Assembly (NCBI GenBank): GCA_964491095.1
Contig: CAZBFC010000165.1
Span: 1 to 26,609, forward strand
Source: an uncultured archaeon
Lineage (GTDB): Archaea; Halobacteriota; Archaeoglobi; Archaeoglobales; Archaeoglobaceae
DNA: 26,609 nucleotides
Direction: 5' to 3'
Under the pieces are notes generated by a model that made no database searches, was not told the DNA's origin, and was given only the letters and a program-made list of their open reading frames with translations. A program made the position numbers and the translations under genes. Shown piece after piece: positions 17,500 through 26,433 of the stretch. Positions within the stretch are counted from its first letter, which is position 1; each line of letters opens with the position of its first letter.

Positions 17500-18237
17500 T
17501 TATTTTTTGTAAACATTCAGAGGTACCGTTATCCTCTTTTTCATTAGTCTCCCCCACTCAACTTCTAAAACTATTCTGTTTGATGCATGGGTTATGTCAG
17601 AGAGTATATATGGTGGACCACTCAGTCCAAAGGTCTTAACTATTCCCTTCCCATCAAGCTCACCAAAAACTATGACTCCACGTTCAACGGCTGAAGGTTT
17701 CCATGAAAATTCTCCTACTTCGGCGGAAAGCAATTTTTCCGGAATTTTAATTTGCATATAAGTATTTATTCTGCAAATTTTTACATCGACAGTTCTATCG
17801 CTGTGGATCGATCCCCTAAGAACTTCTCCACCTTCAAGCCTTAGCTCAACTCCGCTCCTTATTACATGATCGTTATCTGGCTCAACCGATAACTTGAGAC
17901 AGCATATCGGAGCGATGTGAATTTTGCCGTCAAGTCTAATGCATCTCACGTAACAGATTCCCTCTTTCTTCTTTGATAGAAAACCACCGTAAAACGGCTC
18001 AACCTTTACTTCGATCCGTCCGTTGCTAATATCGAACTCTTCTTCCTTTTCGAAGTAGTATATCTTGCCGAAAGCTGTGGCCGGTCTGTAAGGATGCTCG
18101 TAGAACTTGATACGCTCGCCTATGTATAGGATTCCAAGCTCGGCCTCTTTTGCGGTGGTATATGCCCTAAGCTTAGCAGATTTAGAGTCGTAGCTGACAT
18201 CGATAACTTCGGGCTTTTTCTTTCTGAATAGTATCAT
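17500..18237 (-). CDS. Hypothetical protein
   Basis: 245-aa ORF filling the gap between dnaG and the PE gene, with a TATA-like element upstream; no motif recognised. Confidence 0.6.
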   Translation of the reverse strand: MILFRKKKPEVIDVSYDSKSAKLRAYTTAKEAELGILYIGERIKFYEHPYRPATAFGKIYYFEKEEEFDISNGRIEVKVEPFYGGFLSKKKEGICYVRCIRLDGKIHIAPICCLKLSVEPDNDHVIRSGVELRLEGGEVLRGSIHSDRTVDVKICRINTYMQIKIPEKLLSAEVGEFSWKPSAVERGVIVFGELDGKGIVKTFGLSGPPYILSDITHASNRIVLEVEWGRLMKKRITVPLNVYKK

Positions 18238-18353
18238 AATCCTAAAAAATATTATCAGATATAAAAAGTCTTACTTTTTTTGGATGAGATGGAAGTCGGT
18301 GTTGCATAACGTTGATCGAGGATTATATAGCACATCCATACCTATCACGATCG

Positions 18354-18716
18354 ATGCCCAAGTTCGTGATTCAGGAGCACTTCGCCGAGAGGGCTGGACA
18401 TCATTACGATCTGAGGCTTGAGATGGACGGAGTTGCCAAAAGTTGGGCTTTAAGATACATCCCTCAGAAAAGGGGAGAGAAGAGGTTGGCAATTCAGACA
18501 GAAGATCATACGATTGAGTATATGGATTTTGAGGGAATAATTCCATTTGGTTATGGAAAAGGTAGAGTTCTGATATGGGATAAGGGTGAATACGAGCTTT
18601 TGGAAAGGGAAGAGGAAAAGATCAAGTTCAGGCTTAAGGGTGAGAAGATTAGAGGAGATTTCGTTCTAATAAGGTTTCCGAAGGTCAAGAACGGTTGGCT
18701 TTTGATTAAGTTATAA
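18354..18716 (+). CDS. Stand-alone LigD-type DNA 3'-phosphoesterase (PE)
   Basis: FVIQEH, HYDLRLE, KSWA, RLAIQTEDH, FEGIIP.GYG.G.V.IWD.G. TTATATA about 25 nt before the ATG at 18354 supports this start. Confidence 0.88.
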   Translation: MPKFVIQEHFAERAGHHYDLRLEMDGVAKSWALRYIPQKRGEKRLAIQTEDHTIEYMDFEGIIPFGYGKGRVLIWDKGEYELLEREEEKIKFRLKGEKIRGDFVLIRFPKVKNGWLLIKL

Positions 18717-18718
18717 AA

Positions 18719-18802
18719 TGCGGGGGGCGGGATTTGAACCCGCGGACCCCTACGGGACGGGGTCTTAAGCCCCGCGCCTTTTCCTGGCTCGGCAACCCCC
18801 GC
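18719..18802 (-). tRNA. tRNA-Leu (anticodon TAA), no intron, CCA not encoded
   Basis: Acceptor stem GCGGGGG/CCCCCGC, anticodon arm CGGGG-CTTAAGA-CCCCG, long variable arm, GGGTTCAAATCCC T-arm, discriminator A. Confidence 0.97.
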
Positions 18803-18896
18803 TTAAAGGAAGGTTGGTAGGATGTTAAATTAAGTTTTTTGGTTCTAGATATAATCACAGTCCCGCCCAGAATGCTGGCTTAGATCCATACTAAAA

Positions 18897-19805
18897 TTAA
18901 TCACCAAACGTTATGACTGGGGCGGTGGCGATTCTCCTCGCTCCAAGCTCTCTGAGCTTTGGCTTCAGAAACTTAACCATAGCTTTATCCAGAATTATGT
19001 GAATTGCCACACCACCCTTCGCCAGTTTTGATACGGTGGGATCGAACCCTTCCTTTGTCAAAAAGTCTATTATAGGTTGGATGTCCTCCTCGTTTGGCAC
19101 GTTGAAGAACAGACTCACCAAGTTCTTGGACTCAAGTACCTCCTTCATATCGGTCACAAGGTTCTCCATGATCTTTCTCTTCTCAGGATTCTCAAACGAT
19201 CTCTTGTTTGCGATGAAAACCGAATATACAGGATCTTTAACCACATCTATAATTCTGCAGCCGTTTTCTCTCAAAGTCGTACCGGTTTCTGTGACTTCAA
19301 GTATCAGATCAGCTTCGGGCTCTGGAGGTAAAAGTGAAGCTTCGGTCTTTCCGATCGGATCGAATACGATTGCATTCAAGCCAACCTTTTTGGCATACTC
19401 TCTTGCAAGCTCTGGGAATTCGGATGCAAACAAAACAGGCCTATCACCAACAACCTCTTTAAAATCTTCGATGGTTTTGACGTTGGGATACATCTTCTCC
19501 GAAACAGCTACCACGAGCTTCGTTGGTCGAAATGGGAGTTTATCCATAACTACAACATTGCTTAAATCGTATCTGAGCTTTGCATTTTCAAGTATATCCT
19601 CGCCGGTAAATCCTCCATCCCCTTTCCCCATCGAAACGTAGAACGGCATTATCTGCGGGCGAACCTGCTTGAAGATTATGTTCGGATGATCGACATCGAT
19701 CAGATATCCCCTCTCACTCTTTGCAAGCTTGTAGCCCGCTTCAACCAGAGCATTCCAGACAGGTTTCTCTAGGTGCCCGTCGGGGAAGTAAATCTTGACT
19801 TTCAT
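18897..19805 (-). CDS. hisG: ATP phosphoribosyltransferase, long form
   Basis: N-terminal PDGHL, G..G.D, GKTEA, ADLILEVTETGTTLRENG; C-terminal regulatory domain (PTVSKL). Confidence 0.88.
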   Translation of the reverse strand: MKVKIYFPDGHLEKPVWNALVEAGYKLAKSERGYLIDVDHPNIIFKQVRPQIMPFYVSMGKGDGGFTGEDILENAKLRYDLSNVVVMDKLPFRPTKLVVAVSEKMYPNVKTIEDFKEVVGDRPVLFASEFPELAREYAKKVGLNAIVFDPIGKTEASLLPPEPEADLILEVTETGTTLRENGCRIIDVVKDPVYSVFIANKRSFENPEKRKIMENLVTDMKEVLESKNLVSLFFNVPNEEDIQPIIDFLTKEGFDPTVSKLAKGGVAIHIILDKAMVKFLKPKLRELGARRIATAPVITFGD

Positions 19806-19815
19806 AAAACACCTC

Positions 19816-21057
19816 CTAATACGAGTACTTAAGTCTGAGCCTACTCTTTACATCGTTGATGGCTTTAATTAAGTCTTCTTGCGTAATCTCTCTTCTTCCC
19901 TCAAGTAGAGCCTTAAGAACAGCCTCCCTAACTACCAATTTGATCTCCGCTCCGGTGAAACCATCCGTATGTGATACGAGTTCGTCGATGTTGAAGTTGC
20001 CCGGTACCTTCGCCAACGCCAATTCAAATATCCTCTTTCTGAGCTTCTCCGAAGGCTCTGGGAATTCTACAATCTTGTCGAATCTACGCCATACGGCCGG
20101 ATCCAACAGACTTGGATGGTTGGTGGCGGCGATTAGAATCACTCCATCTTCCACGAGGTTTATCTCATCTATAGATTTCAGCAACGTATTCACAGCCCTC
20201 TTTACAGCCGCATGCTCATCGCTTGTCCTCGTTTTGGCAACGTAGTCGAACTCATCGATAAACAGTATGCATGGACTTAACATCTTTGCAATCTCAAACA
20301 CCTTCTCGATGTTCTTTGAAGTTTCACCCAAGTACTGGGAGGTTATCATCGATAGCTTAACCTCTACAAGCGGCAATCCAAGCTTCTTACTCAGTGCCCT
20401 TGCAGTGGTGGTCTTTCCAGTTCCTGGAGGACCTATGAATAGAAGTTTTCCGATGTCCGTTACTCCGATCCTCTTAAGGAACTCCCTTTCTTCCAGTGCA
20501 ATCTCAATTTTTCGGATCTCTTCAACCTGATCATCACTCAAAGCGACATCGCCGAGATCTACCCTTATATCTTCTGGCGAGTACACCCTCACCAATCCGA
20601 GCATCTCTGCAGTCTCTGGATTCTTCTCAAGCTCTGCAAGAACACTTCTGAGCCATTCCCTATCACTGTATTTGGGCTTGTTCAACTTCTTGGCTTCCTC
20701 ATAAGAAACGCTTAAAGAATCGTAATTCTGATAGTAAAATGCCAGAACAGGATTTTTCTTTATCAGATCCAAGGCTCGTTGTGCAAACCACTTGGTTGCT
20801 ATTTCGAACGATGTGAGCTTGATCTGCTTTGTGAATGTATTGTAATCCACAAAGGGTATGCTTCTAATTATATTTTCGACCCTCTTGCCAACGTACTTCG
20901 TGGCGATGTCGTACTTAACGATTATCGGTCTATTTATTCCACCTTTATTATATAAAAGTTTCCTAATTTCTTGTGGTATGTCATCCTCAGTCAGCTCGAT
21001 AAATCTGTTGTATATCTCCGCTGTTAACAGTAGTTCTACAAGCTTTAGCTCTTCCAT
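19816..21057 (-). CDS. AAA+ ATPase (single AAA module, N-terminal extension)
   Basis: GPPGTGKT, ILFIDE, AATNH...LD.A..RRFD second region of homology. Confidence 0.88.
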   Translation of the reverse strand: MEELKLVELLLTAEIYNRFIELTEDDIPQEIRKLLYNKGGINRPIIVKYDIATKYVGKRVENIIRSIPFVDYNTFTKQIKLTSFEIATKWFAQRALDLIKKNPVLAFYYQNYDSLSVSYEEAKKLNKPKYSDREWLRSVLAELEKNPETAEMLGLVRVYSPEDIRVDLGDVALSDDQVEEIRKIEIALEEREFLKRIGVTDIGKLLFIGPPGTGKTTTARALSKKLGLPLVEVKLSMITSQYLGETSKNIEKVFEIAKMLSPCILFIDEFDYVAKTRTSDEHAAVKRAVNTLLKSIDEINLVEDGVILIAATNHPSLLDPAVWRRFDKIVEFPEPSEKLRKRIFELALAKVPGNFNIDELVSHTDGFTGAEIKLVVREAVLKALLEGRREITQEDLIKAINDVKSRLRLKYSY

Positions 21058-21104
21058 GTAACCAAACCAATCTGAGACTCTCCTTTTAAATCTTTTGCTA
21101 AATT

Positions 21105-22028
21105 TTAGGTTGGGGATACTATGTATGCTTCAGCATCATCTTCGAGTTCGATCTCGTAATCTTTGGTTATGGCTGGGATTAATGTTGATCTGCCTCTTTC
21201 AACTTCCACAATGTCTGAAGAACTCTTCAGCTTGACCCTACCATTTACGCAGAGAAGTATCTGGAAGGTATCCTTTGAGATCTTTGTGTTGGATACAACT
21301 TGATCCACCTTGAAGAACGGAGTATCTATATATCTTGTAAGACCGTTCAAACGTTTTGGCTTCTGTCTCAACTCTTCAACGTCGGTTCTCTTAAAATTCA
21401 AAACTTTAAGGGCCTTGTCTAAATGTAGTTCCCTTCCCCTTCCGTAATCGTAAATTCGGTATGTGATGTTCGAATTCGTTGAAACCTCCAAAACTCTAAC
21501 ACCTTTACCCAAAGCATGGATGGTCCCGGCCGGGATGTAAAACGCATCACCCTTATCAACTTTAACGACATTTAGATATTCTAATATATTCTCACCCCTC
21601 TCAATAGCCTTCAAAAACTCCTCAGGCTTGATGTCTTCCTTGAACCCCAAGTATATCTTTGCATCCTCTTCTGCATCCAAGACTATCCAAGCTTCAGGTT
21701 TTCCGTGATCTTTTTCACCAAGCGCCTTAGCCTGATCCTCGGATGGGTGAACTTGAACACTCAAATTCTCGTTTGCATCTATGATCTTAACAAGAATTGG
21801 AAACTCTTCAAGATCACCCAAAATTTCTCTCCTAAACCTTTTGATCAGATCATCAAATCTGATTTTACCGTTTATGGCAATCAGAGACGGTTTAGAAGGA
21901 TGGGCGGAAAACTCCCAGGATTCTCCAATCTTATCTGCTTTAATCCCCTTAAGTTTTGCTATGAAACTACCACCCCAAGGCTTTTCAACCAAATTCTCCT
22001 CAGCTTGAAATATGAACTTCGGTAGCAT
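21105..22028 (-). CDS. manA: Mannose-6-phosphate isomerase, class I
   Basis: KPWGG, GESWE, LSVQVHP, KPEAW, IPAGTIHA, TYRIYDYGR...LH. Confidence 0.9.
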   Translation of the reverse strand: MLPKFIFQAEENLVEKPWGGSFIAKLKGIKADKIGESWEFSAHPSKPSLIAINGKIRFDDLIKRFRREILGDLEEFPILVKIIDANENLSVQVHPSEDQAKALGEKDHGKPEAWIVLDAEEDAKIYLGFKEDIKPEEFLKAIERGENILEYLNVVKVDKGDAFYIPAGTIHALGKGVRVLEVSTNSNITYRIYDYGRGRELHLDKALKVLNFKRTDVEELRQKPKRLNGLTRYIDTPFFKVDQVVSNTKISKDTFQILLCVNGRVKLKSSSDIVEVERGRSTLIPAITKDYEIELEDDAEAYIVSPT

Positions 22029-22114
22029 AATTGTATGTTGTACATCGGATTATTTAAACCTTTGATCAAAAACATTATAATTTATAGAAATTTATAATAA
22101 AAATATTAATAAAA

Positions 22115-22429
22115 TTACTCACCAACCTCTTTCCTAAGTTCTTCAATCGTCCTCTCAAGCTCGTCAAGCTCTACAAGTTTAAACTCCTTCTCATTGACTC
22201 CGGCAAGTTTCCAGAATAATCTTGCGATGATCGGCATGAGCTTTCCAGCATAACCCGGAGCGTGAGGTAGGAGCATGGCCGCAAGATCGCCAAGTTTCTC
22301 CAACTGCTCCTTTGTAAGGGTATCAACCTTTTCGCTTGCAGAACCGAGCAAAGTGATACCGGCACCCAAAACTTTTTCCCTCTTTGCGTAATACTTCGCA
22401 GCTTCACTCGTAATTCTGTGAACACCCAT
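22115..22429 (-). CDS. Small hypothetical protein
   Basis: GGAGGTG SD before the ATG at 22429 (the track start at 22444 is TTG); host-like codon usage. Confidence 0.7.
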   Translation of the reverse strand: MGVHRITSEAAKYYAKREKVLGAGITLLGSASEKVDTLTKEQLEKLGDLAAMLLPHAPGYAGKLMPIIARLFWKLAGVNEKEFKLVELDELERTIEELRKEVGE

Positions 22430-22650
22430 ATACAACACCTCCAATAGAGATTTTGTCTCTTCTCATATTTAATATTTTCGTCATTTATAAAATTTTGATC
22501 AAAATATAGGTTTAGTTAAAACATCTTTAGGAGTTGACAGATTGAGTTAAAAAATTTTTTAACCAAATTTATAAAGATTTACTTTGAGAATTGAATATTG
22601 TTAGAATTTGAGCAATCGTTAATAAAAATTCTATAAAATTAATAAAAAAG

Positions 22651-24099
22651 TTAGATGTCCATATACTTCATGTATTCCCACGGAGTGATGTACAGGCAGT
22701 ACTGGTTCCACTCGTCGATCTTTATGCTCATGAAGGCATCGAATATGTGTGATCCAAGAACCTTCTGTAATACCTCATCGCTAGCCAAGTGATCCAATGC
22801 ATCTCTGAGCGTTGTTGGCAACTCACCAACACCGTACTCCTTCTTTTCTTGCGGTGATAGCTCGTAGACGTCCTTCATCAGTGGGTCTCCAGGATCGATC
22901 TTCTTCTTGATACCATCCAAACCAGCAGCGAGCATCGCTGGGATGGCCAAGTACGGGTTGCAGCTTGGGTCTACACCTCTGTACTCAACTCTGATGGCTG
23001 AAGGCTTCTTGAAGTAGACTGGGACTCTGACCAACGCAGACCTGTTTCTTGGGCTCCAACAGATGTAAATCGGAGCCTCGAATCCTGGTACGAGTCTCTT
23101 GTAGCTGTTTACCGTTGGGCAGCACAAAGCCGTCAAGGCTTTGGCATGCTCAAGCAAACCACCGATGTAGTACCTTGCCGTCTGGCTCAAGCCGAACTCA
23201 TCGTCTGGATCTGCAAAGAGGTTCTTGCCTTTGAACGGCTCACCCTCCCAGAGGCTCTGGTGTGTGTGCATACCGCTTGCGTTGTCCAAATAGAGTGGCT
23301 TTGGCATGAATGTAGCGATCCAACCTCTCATCGCTGCGACGTTCTTTGCAGCGAACTTGTAGATGTAGAATGCATCACCGACCTCAACTACCTGCTTCGG
23401 CTTGAAGTCCAACTCAACCTGTCCAGTAGCAACTTCGTGGTGGTGGTACTCAACGGTTACACCCATCTGCTCCAAGTAGTAAACGAGCTCATTTCTATAT
23501 TCTACCGTAGTGTCCTCCGGTGGAGCCCTGAAATATCCTTCCTTAGGTCTGATTACGAAGTTGTTTCCAGCCCTAAGCTCTGGGCTCTCTGGCATCACCC
23601 TCGGTGGACCCCATGAGTCACCGGCACCTCCATTTGGTGATACCCAAAGATCCCATGCAAGCATCGTTGGATCGATGCTCTCAAATACGAAGAACTCTAT
23701 TTCTGGACCGAAGATTGCCGACTTTCCTTCCTCCTTGAGTTGCTTCTCCATTCTTTCAGCCACATAACCTCTTGGGTCACATGTGGCCAGTTCTTCACCA
23801 CCGGCTTCGTAGATGTTACCGAACATTATTGCGGACTTGTGAATCGGATCCTTTATCCATGGAATCACTCTCAAAGTCTTTGGATCGGGCATCCAGACCA
23901 TGTCACTCTGTTCAATTGTCTTGAAACCTCTGATCGAAGATCCATCGAAACCTATTCCCTCAAATGCATCGCCCTCAAGGAACTCCCTTGCTGGAATCGA
24001 GAATATCATCAAATAACCTCTGACATCCGAAAAAGCACACAGAACTTGTCTAATATTGTTTTCCTCTAGAATCTTCTTTGCCTTCTCAATCTCTTCCAT
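22651..24099 (-). CDS. glnA: Glutamine synthetase type I
   Basis: FDGSSI, GPEIEF, HHHEVATGQ.E, TFMPKP...ASGMHTHQSL, NSYKRLVPGFEAP, NRSA..R.P, R.EYR..DP..NPYLA. The ATG at 24099 has an SD; in-frame upstream ATGs extend to 24135. Confidence 0.97.
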   Translation of the reverse strand: MEEIEKAKKILEENNIRQVLCAFSDVRGYLMIFSIPAREFLEGDAFEGIGFDGSSIRGFKTIEQSDMVWMPDPKTLRVIPWIKDPIHKSAIMFGNIYEAGGEELATCDPRGYVAERMEKQLKEEGKSAIFGPEIEFFVFESIDPTMLAWDLWVSPNGGAGDSWGPPRVMPESPELRAGNNFVIRPKEGYFRAPPEDTTVEYRNELVYYLEQMGVTVEYHHHEVATGQVELDFKPKQVVEVGDAFYIYKFAAKNVAAMRGWIATFMPKPLYLDNASGMHTHQSLWEGEPFKGKNLFADPDDEFGLSQTARYYIGGLLEHAKALTALCCPTVNSYKRLVPGFEAPIYICWSPRNRSALVRVPVYFKKPSAIRVEYRGVDPSCNPYLAIPAMLAAGLDGIKKKIDPGDPLMKDVYELSPQEKKEYGVGELPTTLRDALDHLASDEVLQKVLGSHIFDAFMSIKIDEWNQYCLYITPWEYMKYMDI

Positions 24100-24174
24100 T
24101 CCACCACCCTCTTTAAAATTTTTCATAACGCTCATATATTCGCTATATAATTCTTTCGATGAATTGTAGAGGCT

Positions 24175-24219
24175 CTAAAGATCCTTTAAAAATATAAAAA
24201 TTTTCTAAAGATCCTTTAG
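24175..24219. promoter_or_regulatory. Tandem palindromic operator candidates upstream of glnA
   Basis: CTAAAG-atc-CTTTAA (24175-24189) and CTAAAG-atc-CTTTAG (24205-24219), 30 bp apart. Confidence 0.6.
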
Positions 24220-24379
24220 ACAACGTTGAATGTTTCTGGTAAGTTATAAAAGTAAAATATTCAATTTTATTATAAAAAAATAATATTATATGTTCTATAA
24301 GATATATTCGAAAGGTTGAAATACACCAAAACTTGAGAATATCTTAAGCAAAAGAGCAAAAAATCAGTTTAATATGAAA

Positions 24380-24442
24380 ATTGTTGCTCCGCCAACCGAC
24401 CCGAGATCATGCTTATCACTCGGGCGTGAGAGGCGGAGCCAT
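24380..24442 (-). ncRNA. Single-hairpin box H/ACA pseudouridylation guide RNA (Afu-46-like)
   Basis: Minus strand: lower stem GCUCCGCC/GGCGGAGC, pocket UCUCACG/UCGGUU, upper stem CCCGAG/CUCGGG, K-loop UGAUAAGCAUGAU, and ACA 15 nt below the upper stem. Confidence 0.88.
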
Positions 24443-24490
24443 ATGGTATTTAATCTGACCAATATTTAAGCATAACGGAGAGGTGAACGT

Positions 24491-25483
24491 ATGGCAAAGA
24501 GGGATGTTGAGGAGGTTGTAAATGGTAACGTTGTGGATTTGGAAGATTTGCCGGGAGTTGGGCCAGCCATAGCGGAGAAGTTGAGGGAAGCTGGATTCAC
24601 GACGATTGAAGCTATTGCGGTTGCTTCTCCTCAAGAATTGAGCGCTGTTGCTGAGATAGGAGAGGCTACTGCAGTTAAAATCATCACTGCAGCGAGAAAA
24701 CTTGCAAACATGGGTGGATTTGAGAGTGGAGAGAAATTACTCGAAAGAAGACAGAGTATTGGCAAGATTACAACTGGTAGTAAGGCTTTAGATTCGTTGC
24801 TTGGAGGAGGAGTTGAAACTCAGGCTATTACAGAACTCTTTGGTGAATTCGGTAGTGGGAAAACCCAGATATGTCATCAGCTTGCAGTAAACGTTCAGTT
24901 GCCTAGAGAGAAGGGAGGATTGGAAGGTTCGGTAATCGTAATCGATACGGAGAACACATTCAGACCTGAGAGAATAGTTCAGATGGCTGAAGCCAAGGGA
25001 CTCGATCCCAAAGAAGTTCTGAAGAACATCTACGTTGCTCATGCTTACAACTCAAACCATCAGATGTTGCTCGTCGACAATGCCAAAGAGTTGGCTCAGA
25101 AGCTTATGAAAGAGGGTAGACCTGTAAGGTTACTCATAGTCGACTCCCTAACTTCGCACTTCAGAGCTGAATACGTTGGCAGGGGAACCTTGGCAGATAG
25201 ACAGCAGAAGCTTAACAAGCATCTACACGATCTGATGAGATTTGGAGAGATCTTTAACGCCGCAATAGTAGTTACAAACCAGGTTCAAGCTAAGCCGGAT
25301 GCATACTACGGAGATCCAACAAGACCAATCGGTGGTCATGTCGTAGCTCATACGGCAACGTTTAGAGTTTACTTAAAGAAGAGCAAGGGAGACCTCAGAG
25401 TGGCGAGACTGATAGATTCTCCACACCTACCCGAGGGTGAGGTCGTATTCAGGATTACGGAGAGGGGTATTGAGGATAAATAG
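24491..25483 (+). CDS. radA: DNA repair and recombination protein RadA
   Basis: HhH domain [38 protein letters not shown]; GAGGTGA SD. Confidence 0.97.
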   Translation: MAKRDVEEVVNGNVVDLEDLPGVGPAIAEKLREAGFTTIEAIAVASPQELSAVAEIGEATAVKIITAARKLANMGGFESGEKLLERRQSIGKITTGSKALDSLLGGGVETQAITELFGEFGSGKTQICHQLAVNVQLPREKGGLEGSVIVIDTENTFRPERIVQMAEAKGLDPKEVLKNIYVAHAYNSNHQMLLVDNAKELAQKLMKEGRPVRLLIVDSLTSHFRAEYVGRGTLADRQQKLNKHLHDLMRFGEIFNAAIVVTNQVQAKPDAYYGDPTRPIGGHVVAHTATFRVYLKKSKGDLRVARLIDSPHLPEGEVVFRITERGIEDK

Positions 25484-25560
25484 CTTTTTATAATATTTCT
25501 TATTTAAATCTTTTGGACGCTAAAAATTTATAAATACACCACTGTCGAATCTTAATCCTA

Positions 25561-26433
25561 ATGATGACGAATGTCAGTAAAAGAATTAGAACTGGTATTT
25601 TTGGTTTAGATGAACTTTTGGGTGGAGGTTTTAGACCAAATACAGTGAATATTGTATTGGGATCTGCTGGTGTTGGGAAAACTATCTTTGCATTGCAATT
25701 TCTGCTTAAAGGGTTAGAAAATGGTGAGAAAGGAATCTTTGTGTCATTTGATATGGATGAGAGTAGTGTTATCGATTTAGCTTTGTCTATGGGATGGGAT
25801 GAAGTTGCAGAGTATATAGATGAAGGTAAGTTGCTTATTGGTGGTAACTTTCACGTTGAAGATATAGTCTATCTGAATAGCGAATTGTTGGATTTTATAT
25901 TGAGCAACGCATCCGATGACAACGTTAGAATAGTTGTGGACTCCTTTACTCCTCTCATAGCATCTTTAAGCTTTGAAATGAGGAAGGATGTAAATTGGTT
26001 CTTTTCAAAGCTCAGAGAGGCTGGAACATCAGTTATTACACTTGAGGAGCCCTTGGATGGTAACCTGAACAATCCATCCATCACAGTTCCAGTATTCCTA
26101 GGTGATAGCGTAATTCACATGAAGAACATCGGTTACGGTGAGGCTTTCAATAGGACACTGAGAATCATCAAGCATAGAGGTTCCTGGCATGCTGAGGGGA
26201 TATTTCCATACAGGATACTGAGAGGCTTAGGTATAGTCGTCGAAGGTTCCACGTATATAACAAAAATAAAAACAAAGATAAATATAAATAAAATACTTAA
26301 AGATTTAAATGTTAACATTGATGAGATCTCACCGAAGATTCTTAAGAAACTTGAGAAACTTTCAGAAGCTGAGATTCCAATTTCTAAAGATGAACTTATG
26401 AATATCTTAAGGAGAGTGATTGAATGCTTTTAG
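25561..26433 (+). CDS. Single-domain KaiC/RAD55-like RecA-superfamily ATPase
   Basis: RIRTGIFGLDELLGGG, GSAGVGKT, RIVVDS, RTLRIIKHRGS.H; short C-terminal extension. Confidence 0.85.
   Translation: MMTNVSKRIRTGIFGLDELLGGGFRPNTVNIVLGSAGVGKTIFALQFLLKGLENGEKGIFVSFDMDESSVIDLALSMGWDEVAEYIDEGKLLIGGNFHVEDIVYLNSELLDFILSNASDDNVRIVVDSFTPLIASLSFEMRKDVNWFFSKLREAGTSVITLEEPLDGNLNNPSITVPVFLGDSVIHMKNIGYGEAFNRTLRIIKHRGSWHAEGIFPYRILRGLGIVVEGSTYITKIKTKININKILKDLNVNIDEISPKILKKLEKLSEAEIPISKDELMNILRRVIECF

Noticed and set aside
18719-18760. Integrated element bounded by a tRNA 3'-end duplication
   Set aside because: I saw no second copy of the T-arm/acceptor sequence and no integrase in the window.
191-26318. About 40 short or antisense ORFs in the six-frame track (e.g. 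1664-2089, 5758-6297, 8534-9166, 19036-19641, 23146-23616)
   Set aside because: Shadows of well-supported genes on the opposite strand or another frame; no motifs or start signals.
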